A DNA stretch of 64,000 nt from Paraspadella gotoi (lineage: Eukaryota; Animalia; Chaetognatha): positions 6,251,992-6,315,991 of the forward strand of contig CM119267.1 in assembly GCA_051294375.1 (NCBI GenBank). The letters are read 5' to 3'. The notes beneath the pieces were generated by a model that saw only the letters and a program-made list of their open reading frames with translations, was not told the origin of the DNA and searched no databases. A program made the translations under genes and the position numbers. Each line of letters starts with the position of its first letter. Within the stretch, counting starts at the first letter, position 1. This document shows positions 49,995 to 60,628 of this stretch, piece by piece.

Positions 49995-50740
49995 CAATGA
50001 ATGATTATCATCGTATCAATGAATGACTATCATCGCGTCAATGTATGATTATCATCGCATCCATCATTTAGTTATCATCATATCAATATTTGGTTATTAT
50101 CGCATCAATATTTGGTTATTATCATCGCATAAATATTTGCTTATTATCATTGCATTAATATTTGGTTATCATCTCATCAATAATCAATTATTATTATATC
50201 AATCAATCAATTACTATGTTTGATCTTGCGCTGATTAGATCCTAAATTTTTGGCCATGTGTCCTGACTCCTGAGGTTAGCAAAAGTATTATAAAAAAAGT
50301 CGGGAGATAAAATTAGGATAAAACTATGTTAAAAGTAGGGTAAAAACTAGATCAAATCATGTCAACAAGATAAAATTCATGAATCAGACAAGGTAAAACA
50401 TGGGCTAATATAATAAAATGTAGGTTTTGAAAACGGTAGGCCGTCCCAAGGGGCAAGATCGGAGAGTATCAATTAAGACCCGGGAAAAAAGGTAAAATTA
50501 TCTTCTCGAAACTTTCGTTGTCGATTGGTCAAGGCCCGCCAATCCAGGGCCACCGGGAAAAAGCTCACATTTTTGCAATCCAAAACGCGAAAGAGAACCG
50601 CGCCACCCAACGCAGATACATACTATTACATCAATCAATAAATTACTATTACATCAATCAATCAATTACTATTACATCAATTAATCAATTAATATTAAAT
50701 AAATCTATTATTATTATATCAATAATTTGTTATCGCATCG
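49995..50740. repeat. Degenerate AT-rich minisatellite (ttatcatcgcatcaatatttgg / ttactattacatcaatcaa units), interrupted at 50217-50620
   Basis: Repeating units are visible at 49995-50216 and 50621-50740. Confidence 0.7.
50217..50620. mobile_element. Solo-LTR candidate, 404 bp
   Basis: TG...CA termini with a short imperfect inverted repeat (tgtttgatcttgcg / cgcagataca). 5-bp TSD tacta at 50212-50216 and 50621-50625. Removing it restores the local unit aattactattacatcaatc. Confidence 0.65.
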
Positions 50741-50955
50741 ATCATTCTTTTTTTTTTGATTTTTTTCATTAATTTTCTTTGGTAGTAACGACTGGCGAGA
50801 TCACTACTTTTAAGATTTTTTTAATGGTATTTTTCGGGTAAAAGAAACCAACAAAATCTTATTTGAAGAGATCAAGATCTCGCGCTCTATTATTACAATA
50901 ATTTTGGTTTTTTTGCTCTTAAGTCTTTTTTTTCTCCTTACTCTTAAACTTAAGG

Positions 50956-53886
50956 ATGTCTCGCCGTATCGTGGTCCGCGCAGACGGCAAGTTCGAGGGT
51001 TTCGGCCGAAAGGACGAAGACGACGGTAAAGACAAAGACAACAACGGCGTCGAAGTCAAGAGATACTGGGACGATTCCGACGACGAGGAAAAACTTAAAA
51101 TTCTCGGCGCCGACGGCGGCGAAGAACGAAATCGGGGACGCAAAGACTCTAAAAGATCGAGAGATCGATCGCGATCCCGCGAAAGCAGAAGCAGACGATC
51201 TCGTTCGCCGCACGACCGTAAACGACAAAATGGAGACCGATCCGAATCTCGAGACAAACCCACGCGATCTCGATCCAGGTCTAATTCGCGACATGAGGCG
51301 GCGCCTTATCGGGAATCGGAAGCCCGAGACTTCGTTTGTCGCCATCGACGAGATGGGCCTCGCGATCGCGACCGCCGCTCAGCCGTTGACGACGACGATA
51401 ATTCTTCGGGTTCTCGTCGCGCTTCGTCATTCTTTGCCGATCGACAACGAAGACTTCCGGAATACTGCGGTCCACCTTTGTCCGCTAATAAAAGAACTCG
51501 CATCGATCCAGAGGCCGCTGGACGTATTATTGCTCGAAATTTGTCCCGCAGCGATGCCTCCTCCAAATCTGTCCAAAGTCAAAGTGTCTCGTCAACGACG
51601 CCTAACTTGGAGTCGAAACGCACGGAAACGACCAAACGGTACGAGGACTACAATTCCCTTCTTCCCGGCGGAGCGATCGCTCAATTGGCGATGGAGGCCG
51701 GATCTTATGAAATGTACGACGATAACTACTTTTACGGCTACGACGACGCTCGATACGACGACATGACTACCACATCTTCGATTACGATATCGGCGCCGCT
51801 GTCGTCGGCAATGGCGGAATTTTCTCCTTCAACGTCAAAGGACGACGATCCAATCGTCTATGGAACTCCTCTCGTTTTGACTGCCCCTTCTGAGCCATTG
51901 AATCCTTATCCTCACAAACCATTAAACGTTGAGAGCTTTACTCTCGATCCAATCGTGGAATCGCGCCCGTTTCTTTCCGAAACTGTCTTGTCCAAATTAC
52001 CTCGTTCTTTCATTCCCGCCAAGTCGGATCAAGGATTGGAGCCCATTTCGAAAAAGGTAGCGGCCAAAAGCGCCAGTTCTTTGCCGACTTCGTTGCCTCC
52101 CGGGAAAAACCCGGTCCAGTTTCTCAACGAGTTCGAGCACGGACTTACCTTCGATTGCGTCGCTCGCGTTGGTCGGGACAACAACCCTGTCTTCTCCATG
52201 AGGATCGTCTGGAGAGACGTGGAATACGTCGGCGAAGGCGCCACGAAAAAGGCGGCCAAAAACGACGCCGCTCTCAAAGCCTGTAACGGTTGGTTCGCGA
52301 CTAATAAAGCGGTCATGTCGAAGAGCGGTGAGGAGAAAGAGACGACGACCACGCAATCGACGACGTTGCCGGGCTTCGTCCGGTCAGCGGCGGACGGCGG
52401 ACCGGGTCCCGACGCGGCGCCTCTCTCTAAATCCCCGCTGATGCTGCTCAACGAACGGCGACCTTTCTTGGCTTTCGTAGTTGATGAAAAAAAAGACTCG
52501 GCTTCCAAGTCACAAATTTTCACCGTCTCCGTCGCGGTCGAGGGAAAAACATTTTCCGGGACGGCGGGAAACAAAAAGTCCGCCAAGAACAAATGCGCCG
52601 AAAAAGTCTTGAAAGAGATTTGCGGGATGGACTTTTCTCAGCGAGACGACCGGCCGGCCCCGATGCTCGCCGTCGTCGAGGAAAAAGACCAAAAACTCGC
52701 GGATCGCATCATGTTTCTGGTGATGGAAAAATTTTACTCATTGACGAACATGGGGCTGGCTTCGACGGCGCGACGAAAGGTGCTAGCTGGAATTGTAATG
52801 ACCATCGAAACGGCTGAAGGCATAGTTGAGACCAACGTCTCTAAAGTGATCTCCCTCGGCACCGGCACCAAATGCGTCGGCGGCGGGTTTCTCTCTGAAT
52901 CTGGTCGCGCGCTTAACGACTGTCACGCGGAAATCATTTGTCGTCGTGGACTCTTGCGGTTTTTCTATGACCAACTCCGTCTTCATCTCGACGACGACGA
53001 GAGAGCGAGGAATCGCTCCGTGTTCGCGCGTCTTCCCGGATCCGGACGACCTCGCTATCGGCTCAAAGAAGGCGTCGACTTTCACCTCTTCATCAGCAGT
53101 GCCCCTTGCGGCGACGGTCGCATCTTTAGTCCCCACGAGAGCGTCAACGAGGACGGAACGTCCGACGAGCATCCGGAACGAGTTTCTCGTGGGCAACTTC
53201 GCGCCAAGATTGAGTGCGGCGAAGGGACCATTCCCGTTGCCAACACTTCAAACGCTGACGGCGTGCAGACTTGGGATGGTATCGTGCAAGGAGAGAGGCT
53301 GCTCACTATGAGTTGTTCGGACAAGCTGGCGCGATGGAACGTTCTTGGGATGCAGGGATCTCTCCTTGGCCACTTTGTCGATCCGGTTTACCTAAAAACT
53401 CTCGTTCTCGGATCTCTATTTCACGGGGAGCACTTGTCCCGCGCGTTGTACGGCCGACTGGAGCTCGAATCGCTCGTCGACGCTTTGCCTCCAGGCTTCA
53501 AATTGAATCGGCCCAGGTTGTGTCGACTCAGCAGTCCGGAGGTGAAACAGGACGGTAAGACCCCGAATTTCAGCGTCAACTGGACTCTGGGTGACGAGGG
53601 TTTGGAGATCGTGGATTCGTCAACGGGAAAGAGGGAACAACCGGATGGAACCTCCAGACTTTGTAAAAGGGTTATGTTCGAAAGGTGGGCGGAACTTAAC
53701 GATAAGTTTGACATGCTTTACCCGAGTCTTGAGAGCAAGCCCCGAGAGGACTCTTATTACTGCGACATAAAAGTTGGCAACAAAGATTTTCAAACAGCGA
53801 AGAAGGCGATGTTTCGAGCCTTTGCCGATCGTGAACTCGGGAATTGGGTTAAAAAACCCGTTGATCAAGATATGTTTTGTTTGTAA
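50956..53886 (+). CDS. ADARB1: dsRNA-specific adenosine deaminase, ADAR2-like, intronless CDS
   Basis: Two dsRBDs (KNPVQFLNE..GEGATKKAAK; KSPLMLLNE..AGNKKSAK) and a deaminase domain with LNDCHAE, APCGDGRIF, MSCSDKLARWNVLGMQG and WVKKP. No Z-alpha domain is evident. Confidence 0.9.
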   Translation: MSRRIVVRADGKFEGFGRKDEDDGKDKDNNGVEVKRYWDDSDDEEKLKILGADGGEERNRGRKDSKRSRDRSRSRESRSRRSRSPHDRKRQNGDRSESRDKPTRSRSRSNSRHEAAPYRESEARDFVCRHRRDGPRDRDRRSAVDDDDNSSGSRRASSFFADRQRRLPEYCGPPLSANKRTRIDPEAAGRIIARNLSRSDASSKSVQSQSVSSTTPNLESKRTETTKRYEDYNSLLPGGAIAQLAMEAGSYEMYDDNYFYGYDDARYDDMTTTSSITISAPLSSAMAEFSPSTSKDDDPIVYGTPLVLTAPSEPLNPYPHKPLNVESFTLDPIVESRPFLSETVLSKLPRSFIPAKSDQGLEPISKKVAAKSASSLPTSLPPGKNPVQFLNEFEHGLTFDCVARVGRDNNPVFSMRIVWRDVEYVGEGATKKAAKNDAALKACNGWFATNKAVMSKSGEEKETTTTQSTTLPGFVRSAADGGPGPDAAPLSKSPLMLLNERRPFLAFVVDEKKDSASKSQIFTVSVAVEGKTFSGTAGNKKSAKNKCAEKVLKEICGMDFSQRDDRPAPMLAVVEEKDQKLADRIMFLVMEKFYSLTNMGLASTARRKVLAGIVMTIETAEGIVETNVSKVISLGTGTKCVGGGFLSESGRALNDCHAEIICRRGLLRFFYDQLRLHLDDDERARNRSVFARLPGSGRPRYRLKEGVDFHLFISSAPCGDGRIFSPHESVNEDGTSDEHPERVSRGQLRAKIECGEGTIPVANTSNADGVQTWDGIVQGERLLTMSCSDKLARWNVLGMQGSLLGHFVDPVYLKTLVLGSLFHGEHLSRALYGRLELESLVDALPPGFKLNRPRLCRLSSPEVKQDGKTPNFSVNWTLGDEGLEIVDSSTGKREQPDGTSRLCKRVMFERWAELNDKFDMLYPSLESKPREDSYYCDIKVGNKDFQTAKKAMFRAFADRELGNWVKKPVDQDMFCL

Positions 53887-54588
53887 AATTGAAATATTAT
53901 TCAGAGTTTAAACTTTTATCAAAATAGCTGTTTTATTTATTATTATTAATATTTCGATGAGCAGTAATTTTTGTAGGTTGGCTAACCTTGATACGGCATG
54001 GATCGGCTTAATATTTGTCAGTGCTTCATTGACAGTTGTGATATAATGAATCATAATCTGCAGAAAATATTCGGGCAGCCATGAGCATCACTTCTTATTT
54101 AGCACTAGGCAAGCGATCAAGGAAAAAAAAAATATCACGTGATCTGTATGAAAGGAAAGGGGTTAATATAAATTAATACGTAATGATAATCAATTAAAAT
54201 TAATTAGAATATAGACCAACGTTTTATTAAACGAGTTACAAATAGGAGACGTTGACAGTTTCATTGATTCTTCAAGAATTTGAGTCCAACATCTTTTGTA
54301 ATGAAAACATTTTTAGTTATTCCCTTTATTTATTATTTATTTCCGCTACTCGATTTCGCGGCTTATTAATCTTTGTTGGATATTCAAATATAATGCAAAG
54401 CCTTTTCTCCGGCCATTCTTCCAAGTTTGCTCCACTTTTTTTGGTGCGGCTGGTTCTGCGCCTCAATAACCTCTTTCGGCGATATTTCCTTTCCCCATTT
54501 TTTTTTCCCGTTATTCGTTTTTACGATTTTACGTATTTTAAACATTTCGAATCTAATATTTTAGAGTAATTGTACGAGCGTATTAAAC

Positions 54589-56052
54589 ATGTCGGCTCTT
54601 GACAAAATGCGCGAGCGTCAGATGAAGCGTCGCGCGCTCCTCGCCCAACAACTCGGCGTCGAGGATCCCAAAAAGTTGGGCTCCGTCCTTGGCTATTCGG
54701 CCCCCGTCGCGAAAGAGACGCCGTCGTCCCCGGGCGCCGCTGATCCGGGCGCCGCCGCCACTTCCTCCAAGAAGCCCAAGACGGAAGAACTGCATATCGC
54801 CCGGGTCGTCGTGGACGCCGACGCCACCTTCCCGCCCGCTGAGGACGACGACGACATTCAAAAGGAGCGCGTCTTCAAAGACTCCACCACTTTTCTGAAG
54901 GGAACTCAGAGCGAAAATCCTCACAACGATTACTGCCAACATTTCGTCGACACTGGCCAGAGACCGCAAAATTTCATCCGCGACACGGGACTCCAGGATC
55001 GTTTCGAGGAGTACCCCAAGCTGAAAGAGTTGATCCGACTCAAGGACGACATCATCCAAAAGACCAACATCCCGCCCATGTACCTCAGCACGGACCTGCT
55101 CAACTTTGAATTGTCAGAGATGAACGCGCAGTTCGACGTGATCCTCATCGAACCTCCCTTGCCTGAGTACCAGCGAACCACGGGAGCGGTCTTCGACAAG
55201 TATTGGACATGGGACGAGATCATGAGTCTCGACATCGAATCCGTCGCCGCCCAGCGCTGCTTCGTCTGGCTCTGGGTCGGCTCCTCCGACGGGCTCGACA
55301 AGGGCAGGGAGTGCTTGAAGAAGTGGAACTTTAGGCGGTGCGAGGACATTTGCTGGATCAAGACGAACATCAACGGTAAGAGTTTTGGAATAAGATATGA
55401 AAAAAATAAGAGTTGCTCAAGGAGAAGATAAAATTTTTTATTAGTTTAAAATAACTTGATTTTATTATTTGAATTTTGTAGAATGTTTAATTAATTAACA
55501 TATGTGCATTTCATTAATGTAATAGTAATCAATTAAATTGTATATATTTTAAATTCCACTTTTTTTAAAGGCAACAATAACAAAATCGTGGAGCCAAAGG
55601 CCATCACCCAGCGAACCAAGGAGCACTGCCTGATGGGCATCAAGGGCACCGTTCGTCGCTCCACCGACGGCGACTTCATTCACGCCAACGTGGACATCGA
55701 CCTTATCATCGGCGAGGAGCCGGCCTACGGGTCGCCGGAGAAGCCCACCGAGATCTTCCACCTCATCGAGCACTTTTGCCTCGGACGTCGTCGACTGCAC
55801 ATCTTCGGACGAGATTCTACCATCCGTCCGGGCTGGGTCACCATCGGACCCGGCGTTTCAAACAGCAACTACAATCCGCGGTCCTTCAAGAATCAATTTT
55901 CCGGCTATCCCGGAACCACTACCGGCTGCACCGACAGGATCGAGATGCTGAGACCAAAATCCCCGCCGCCCAAGATGAGGGGAGGGGGTCGCGGAGGGCG
56001 GGGAGGGCGAGGAGACTTTCGCGGGCGTGGCGGCCCGCCGAGGGGAAGATGA
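54589..56052 (+). CDS. METTL14: m6A methyltransferase non-catalytic subunit METTL14, exons 54589-55375 and 55571-56052
   Basis: [35 protein letters not shown] motif, [38 protein letters not shown] and an RGG tail. Confidence 0.97.
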
Positions 56053-56239
56053 AAATATATATTTTTTTTTATCCTAATTTTTTTTTTCACTTGTTAAGAA
56101 TTTTTTAGCGTTTGTTGTATCACACTTACTTGATAGTTCTATTTTCCCCACAAATGTATTTTTACCATTCATTTCTTTTTCCTCTTTTAGCGAATAGAAT
56201 CTTAATCATACTATACGCGTATTTCAGATAGTAGTAACA

Positions 56240-56893
56240 ATGTTGACGCTTTTAACGAGCCGACATTCGCCTCGCGCGTTGTACAAGTTAAAAAATGTGA
56301 CAATATCTAAATCTTTCCCGAATTTGACTATTCGAACATACGCCACGCCTTTCTTAACCAATTCCACGATCTTAAACTCTTCGCCGGGGATTTTTTCCAT
56401 TCTCTCGCGGTTTTACTCGACTCTGGATCAGAAAGACGATGCTAGTCAGACTAAGAATGAAGCGCGATCCTTAAACTCAAAGGACGACGAAATCTCTGAC
56501 GCGAATTCGTCGAGTGTAAACAATTCAACGGAGACAGCGTCGGCTGCGGCGTCACCCGCGGAGCCTGTCGCCGAAGCTTCCCCCGCTTCTAGTCGCGTGC
56601 GCCTAAAATCGGCCGTGGCGCAGTACGGCGCCATCGTCGTCGTGTTCCACGTGTCGTTGGCGTTGACGTCGTTGGGTTGCTTCTACGCGCTGGTCTCTTT
56701 CGGCGTCGACGTTGATGGGTTGTTCGCTCTCTTCGGCGCGGAGTCCAACTCAGTCGCAACCAATTTGTCGACTTTTGCCCTCGCCTACGCGGCCCATAAG
56801 CTTTTGGCTCCCGTGCGCATCGGCATTACTCTCTCTGTCGCTCCTCTCATTGTCAAATGGTTGAGAAATATTAAGGTCTTGAAAAAACGATAA
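56240..56893 (+). CDS. FAM210B: FAM210B-like mitochondrial membrane protein (DUF1279)
   Basis: RLKSAVAQYGAIVVVFHVSLAL.SLG.FY.LVSFGVD, STFALAYAAHKLLAPVRIGITL..AP.IV.WLR, plus a mitochondrial presequence. Confidence 0.88.
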   Translation: MLTLLTSRHSPRALYKLKNVTISKSFPNLTIRTYATPFLTNSTILNSSPGIFSILSRFYSTLDQKDDASQTKNEARSLNSKDDEISDANSSSVNNSTETASAAASPAEPVAEASPASSRVRLKSAVAQYGAIVVVFHVSLALTSLGCFYALVSFGVDVDGLFALFGAESNSVATNLSTFALAYAAHKLLAPVRIGITLSVAPLIVKWLRNIKVLKKR

Positions 56894-57145
56894 CTATTTA
56901 AATAATGTTTTACAATATTTTTCTCGTTCCAACGTGGGAGTATGTGGAATTACTAGTACTTTTATTTGTGCTTTTGCCATTTGCTATTTTGTCATGAAAA
57001 ATTACTTTGTTGAAAAAAAAAGGTTCTAAAGTCAATTTTCATAATTTTTTTTTTTTTACATTCATAATTTTTATTCCACTTGTTACTGTGATAATCTTAC
57101 CTGTATTTCATTTTTAGTCCTTTTGCTTTAACCTTTCCGAGCGCA

Positions 57146-57340
57146 ATGATTTCAAAGGCTTCTTCTCTCTATCGTCAATTGCTTCGCTACGGTCGTAGTT
57201 TGAACCTGACCGATTACCCTTTCTACGTGAGGCGAATCCGTCGGGAGTTCGAGAAGAATCGTCATCTCACCTGCAAGGATCAGATCGAGTTCGCCATCAA
57301 GCGTGGCGAGATCCTCGTCAAGAACGACCGCCTCGTCTAA
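57146..57340 (+). CDS. LYR-motif microprotein similar to the MIEF1 upstream-ORF protein (altMIEF1/altMiD51)
   Basis: SLYRQLLRYGRSLNLTDYPFYVRRIRREFEKN closely parallels the human MIEF1 uORF product ([29 protein letters not shown], recalled from memory). Confidence 0.85.
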   Translation: MISKASSLYRQLLRYGRSLNLTDYPFYVRRIRREFEKNRHLTCKDQIEFAIKRGEILVKNDRLV

Positions 57341-57430
57341 GAAACCGAGGATTATCGTTTTTGGGGGACAGGATTTCGGATTTTAAAAACAGAAAAAAAA
57401 ACAACTAATTTTCCTTAGCGGCACTCCATC

Positions 57431-60358
57431 ATGGCCGCCCCTAAAGTGACGGGGTTGAGTCCGCGCGAGGGGCAGCCCGGCACGCGCGTCACCATCCGCG
57501 GCGAGAACTTGGGCCGTTCCCAGCACGACCTCGTCTCCGTCGTGATTTGTGGCATGGACTGCACTCTCTTCTCCGATTGGAAGACTTCCTCCAAGATCAT
57601 CACCCGGAGTCCTGCGGCCAAGGGCAAGGGCGAGGTGGTAGTCGTTACCAAGAGCGGCGGGCGGGGAACCTCTACCGTCTACTTCACCCCGAAGGAGAAC
57701 GAGGTCGGCCCCGTGCAAGACAGCGCCGTCTGGGTCGACGAGACCGCCTACGTGGAGAAGAACATCATCCATCGTCGCAAGGCCGGTCTCGGCTTCACCG
57801 CAGGTCGTTTCGACGATCCTCTGGAACTATCCGACGAGGTCAACGACAAGAAGTTTCCCGAGGAAGAGTTGGCCGAAATGTTTCCCGACTCGAACGGGGA
57901 CATTCGCTCAGACGCCTTCCATCCTGTCTGGTTTTTGCTGGAGAATCATGCGGCGACTTCCTTCTCCGATCTTCAGATGGGGCTGAAGCGGTTGACCAAA
58001 AAGTACGAGCAGCGGTCAGAGGGCCCCATTTCTTTGGCCAAAGCTTCGCTAGGCAACTACATCGACTCTCAGGACGCCCTAAAGAATATGTACAACAAGT
58101 TGATGGAAGACCAGGGGCTCGTTGGTGGAGGTCGAGCTATCACTGATCCTTTGGTTGAAATTTTGGAGAAGACCCACGAAAAAGCGGACAATTTGTTTGG
58201 GGAATCTTTAAAGAGAAAAGATAGGGCCGACACCATCCGCAATGCCATCAAAGTCCTTATGAAGTTCAGATTCCTCTTCAATCTTCCTTGCAACATGGAC
58301 AAGAACGTGGCCAAAGGAGAGTTCGACATTGTCATCAACGATTACGTCAGAGCCAAGAGTCTCTTTCTCGAGAGCGAAGTGGACCTCTTCAGGAAAGTTT
58401 ATCAAGAGGTCGAGGAGAGGAAGGAAAAGTTGGAGAATATGTTGAGGGAAAAGTTAATGACCCTTCCTTCTACCCTGGACGAGCAAAAGAAGATTATTCG
58501 TTACTTGGTCGATCTAGAAACTCCCGGCGATCCCGCTTGGGATTGCCTGCAGAATCAGCACAGTTGGCTTGTCAAGCTGCTTTTCGAGTGCAAAGACGAG
58601 TATTTGTTTAAAGAGACGGAAGAACTCTCCATGTCCGGCAAAGATTCGCTGAAAACGCCGGTGATGTTGAGTCTCAAGTCAGTCAATCGCATGAATATTA
58701 AAAACGCGATTTCTCCCGCGGATCATATTAAATCCTGGATCCCGCCCTTTCTCGTCTCCAACGCCAGCGCGCCGGCCAAAGTTGCCTTTGTTGAGGCTAT
58801 CGCTGACGTTCTCGTCGAGCAACTACCAAACCTTTGGCGTTTAGGTCAGGCCTATTTTTCTGGCCATTTGGTTACGCGGGAGACTGGAGAACGGGCCCGT
58901 AACATAGATACGACCAAGCATTCTCGCTTCAAGGAGATGGTCGTCAAAACGGCCGAGCTTTTCGCCAACTTGCTAAGGGCAGCCTTTCTACCGACGAGCG
59001 TGGAAGGATTGCCTAAGAAAGATCGAGAAACGTTGGGTTGTTGGAGCGAGGAAGCGCTAGTCGTGTCGGCCGCCAATGCGTGGCTTCCTCGTTGCGTTCG
59101 ATACATTCGTCAGACGCTTCTCTCTCTCAATGAGTCTCTCTCTGATGCCCCAGAGGAAATGCACAAACGTCTGCAAGACTTGGCTTTGGATCTACGGGCC
59201 AATTGCATGGCGGTTTTGTTTAGTCAAGCCACGGATGAGATAAAAAATCTCCATAAGCAAGAGACGTGGCGATTCGAAGAGGACGAGGATCAGGGCGCCA
59301 TCACTCAACTCCCTTTCCTCTTTGAGAACGTCGTCATGGAAACCTTACAGCTGTTGAAGGACGTGGTGATGTCGACGAAACCCGGCGAAGCGGAAATGTT
59401 TCAGCAGCGCATAGTTCAGAAAGATGCCACGGAGTTGTGCACGAATTTATTGCGTGCCTTCGCGGCGTGCATGGACCGTGCAGTCTTCGAAGAGCCTGAT
59501 AATGAGAATGGGAAGTCCTCGAAAATTCCGGGCACGCCGGGTTCACGCAAATTAGACGTTTCCGCTTCGCCGGCGCGAAGTCTCCCGCGGACGCCAAATC
59601 ACGCCCTTCGCGGATCCCGCGACGACCTCGATTTAGACTTGGGCTCTCCTCAGGCGCCGCCCATCGACCTGCGCGTTCTCATCACACTCTCGAACATGGC
59701 ATACACGCGCGACCACATCGTGCCACGTCTCGTCGAGTCCTGCTCCAAGTACGGGTACCCGGCTTCGGAAAAGATTCTCGCCTCCGTCGAGGCCTGCTTT
59801 TCTTCGCTGGACGAGAAACTTTTCGAAGCGTTTTTGGAGAACAAAGTCAATCCTGTCATCGGAGCTCTGGAACCCGGCGTATACGATGGTCGCTACGACT
59901 TCGCCGACGGAACGCCGGAGCCGCTTGGCGTCCGAGCTTTCGTCTTGGACGCGCTCATGTCGATGATCCAAGTGGTGGACGAAGTCTCCATCGTCAACCC
60001 GCTCTTCGTCGCCAAAGTCGTGGCCAAGATCGTCGAGCACCTGGCCGAAGAGATGGCGCGCATCATGCAGTGCGTCACAGATTTCTCGGACAACGGCGCC
60101 ATGCAAGCGAGGCTGGACCTCACAGCTTTAGCCGAAGCCCTTAATTCGTACAAGACGGAAGAGTCGTCGTTGAGCTTTCAGGACGCCTTCGACGCCATCC
60201 CGCCGCCGCCCGGCGTCAACGAGGCGAAGAGGCTCGACGATCTAGCCTCCTCTTTCAAAACCAAGGCCAGGTTCCAACTGCTCATCTTTCAAAACTGCGA
60301 CAGCGCTTCCGCGTCTCCCGCGCGACCGGCTTCGGCTCAATCCAAAGAAGTTTATTGA
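57431..60358 (+). CDS. EXOC2: Exocyst complex component 2 (Sec5), intronless CDS
   Basis: N-terminal IPT domain (PKVTGLSPREGQPGTRVTIRGENLG), FHPVWFLLENH..TSF.DL, RADTIRNAI.VL.KFRFLFNLP, GDPAWDC, FSDNGAMQARLD. Confidence 0.95.
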   Translation: MAAPKVTGLSPREGQPGTRVTIRGENLGRSQHDLVSVVICGMDCTLFSDWKTSSKIITRSPAAKGKGEVVVVTKSGGRGTSTVYFTPKENEVGPVQDSAVWVDETAYVEKNIIHRRKAGLGFTAGRFDDPLELSDEVNDKKFPEEELAEMFPDSNGDIRSDAFHPVWFLLENHAATSFSDLQMGLKRLTKKYEQRSEGPISLAKASLGNYIDSQDALKNMYNKLMEDQGLVGGGRAITDPLVEILEKTHEKADNLFGESLKRKDRADTIRNAIKVLMKFRFLFNLPCNMDKNVAKGEFDIVINDYVRAKSLFLESEVDLFRKVYQEVEERKEKLENMLREKLMTLPSTLDEQKKIIRYLVDLETPGDPAWDCLQNQHSWLVKLLFECKDEYLFKETEELSMSGKDSLKTPVMLSLKSVNRMNIKNAISPADHIKSWIPPFLVSNASAPAKVAFVEAIADVLVEQLPNLWRLGQAYFSGHLVTRETGERARNIDTTKHSRFKEMVVKTAELFANLLRAAFLPTSVEGLPKKDRETLGCWSEEALVVSAANAWLPRCVRYIRQTLLSLNESLSDAPEEMHKRLQDLALDLRANCMAVLFSQATDEIKNLHKQETWRFEEDEDQGAITQLPFLFENVVMETLQLLKDVVMSTKPGEAEMFQQRIVQKDATELCTNLLRAFAACMDRAVFEEPDNENGKSSKIPGTPGSRKLDVSASPARSLPRTPNHALRGSRDDLDLDLGSPQAPPIDLRVLITLSNMAYTRDHIVPRLVESCSKYGYPASEKILASVEACFSSLDEKLFEAFLENKVNPVIGALEPGVYDGRYDFADGTPEPLGVRAFVLDALMSMIQVVDEVSIVNPLFVAKVVAKIVEHLAEEMARIMQCVTDFSDNGAMQARLDLTALAEALNSYKTEESSLSFQDAFDAIPPPPGVNEAKRLDDLASSFKTKARFQLLIFQNCDSASASPARPASAQSKEVY

Positions 60359-60628
60359 AGAGGGGACGCTTGCTTCTTTTTTCTAGCACAATTAGTTTCA
60401 ATTGAGTGACTAAGCAAAATTTATTGACTTTTTGGGTCTTTTCGATAACTTATTATTTCATAATTCATAATTACATAAATTTCATACTCTTTTATTTGAT
60501 CGTTTTGAATAACCAGCTTCCCAATCGATTCAGGGCTTAATATATTAAAAAAACAGCGTAATGTAATCTTCTAAATTAAACAAATTCAAACATTTTACGC
60601 TACCCGGGGTGTTCAATAAATTTTAAAA

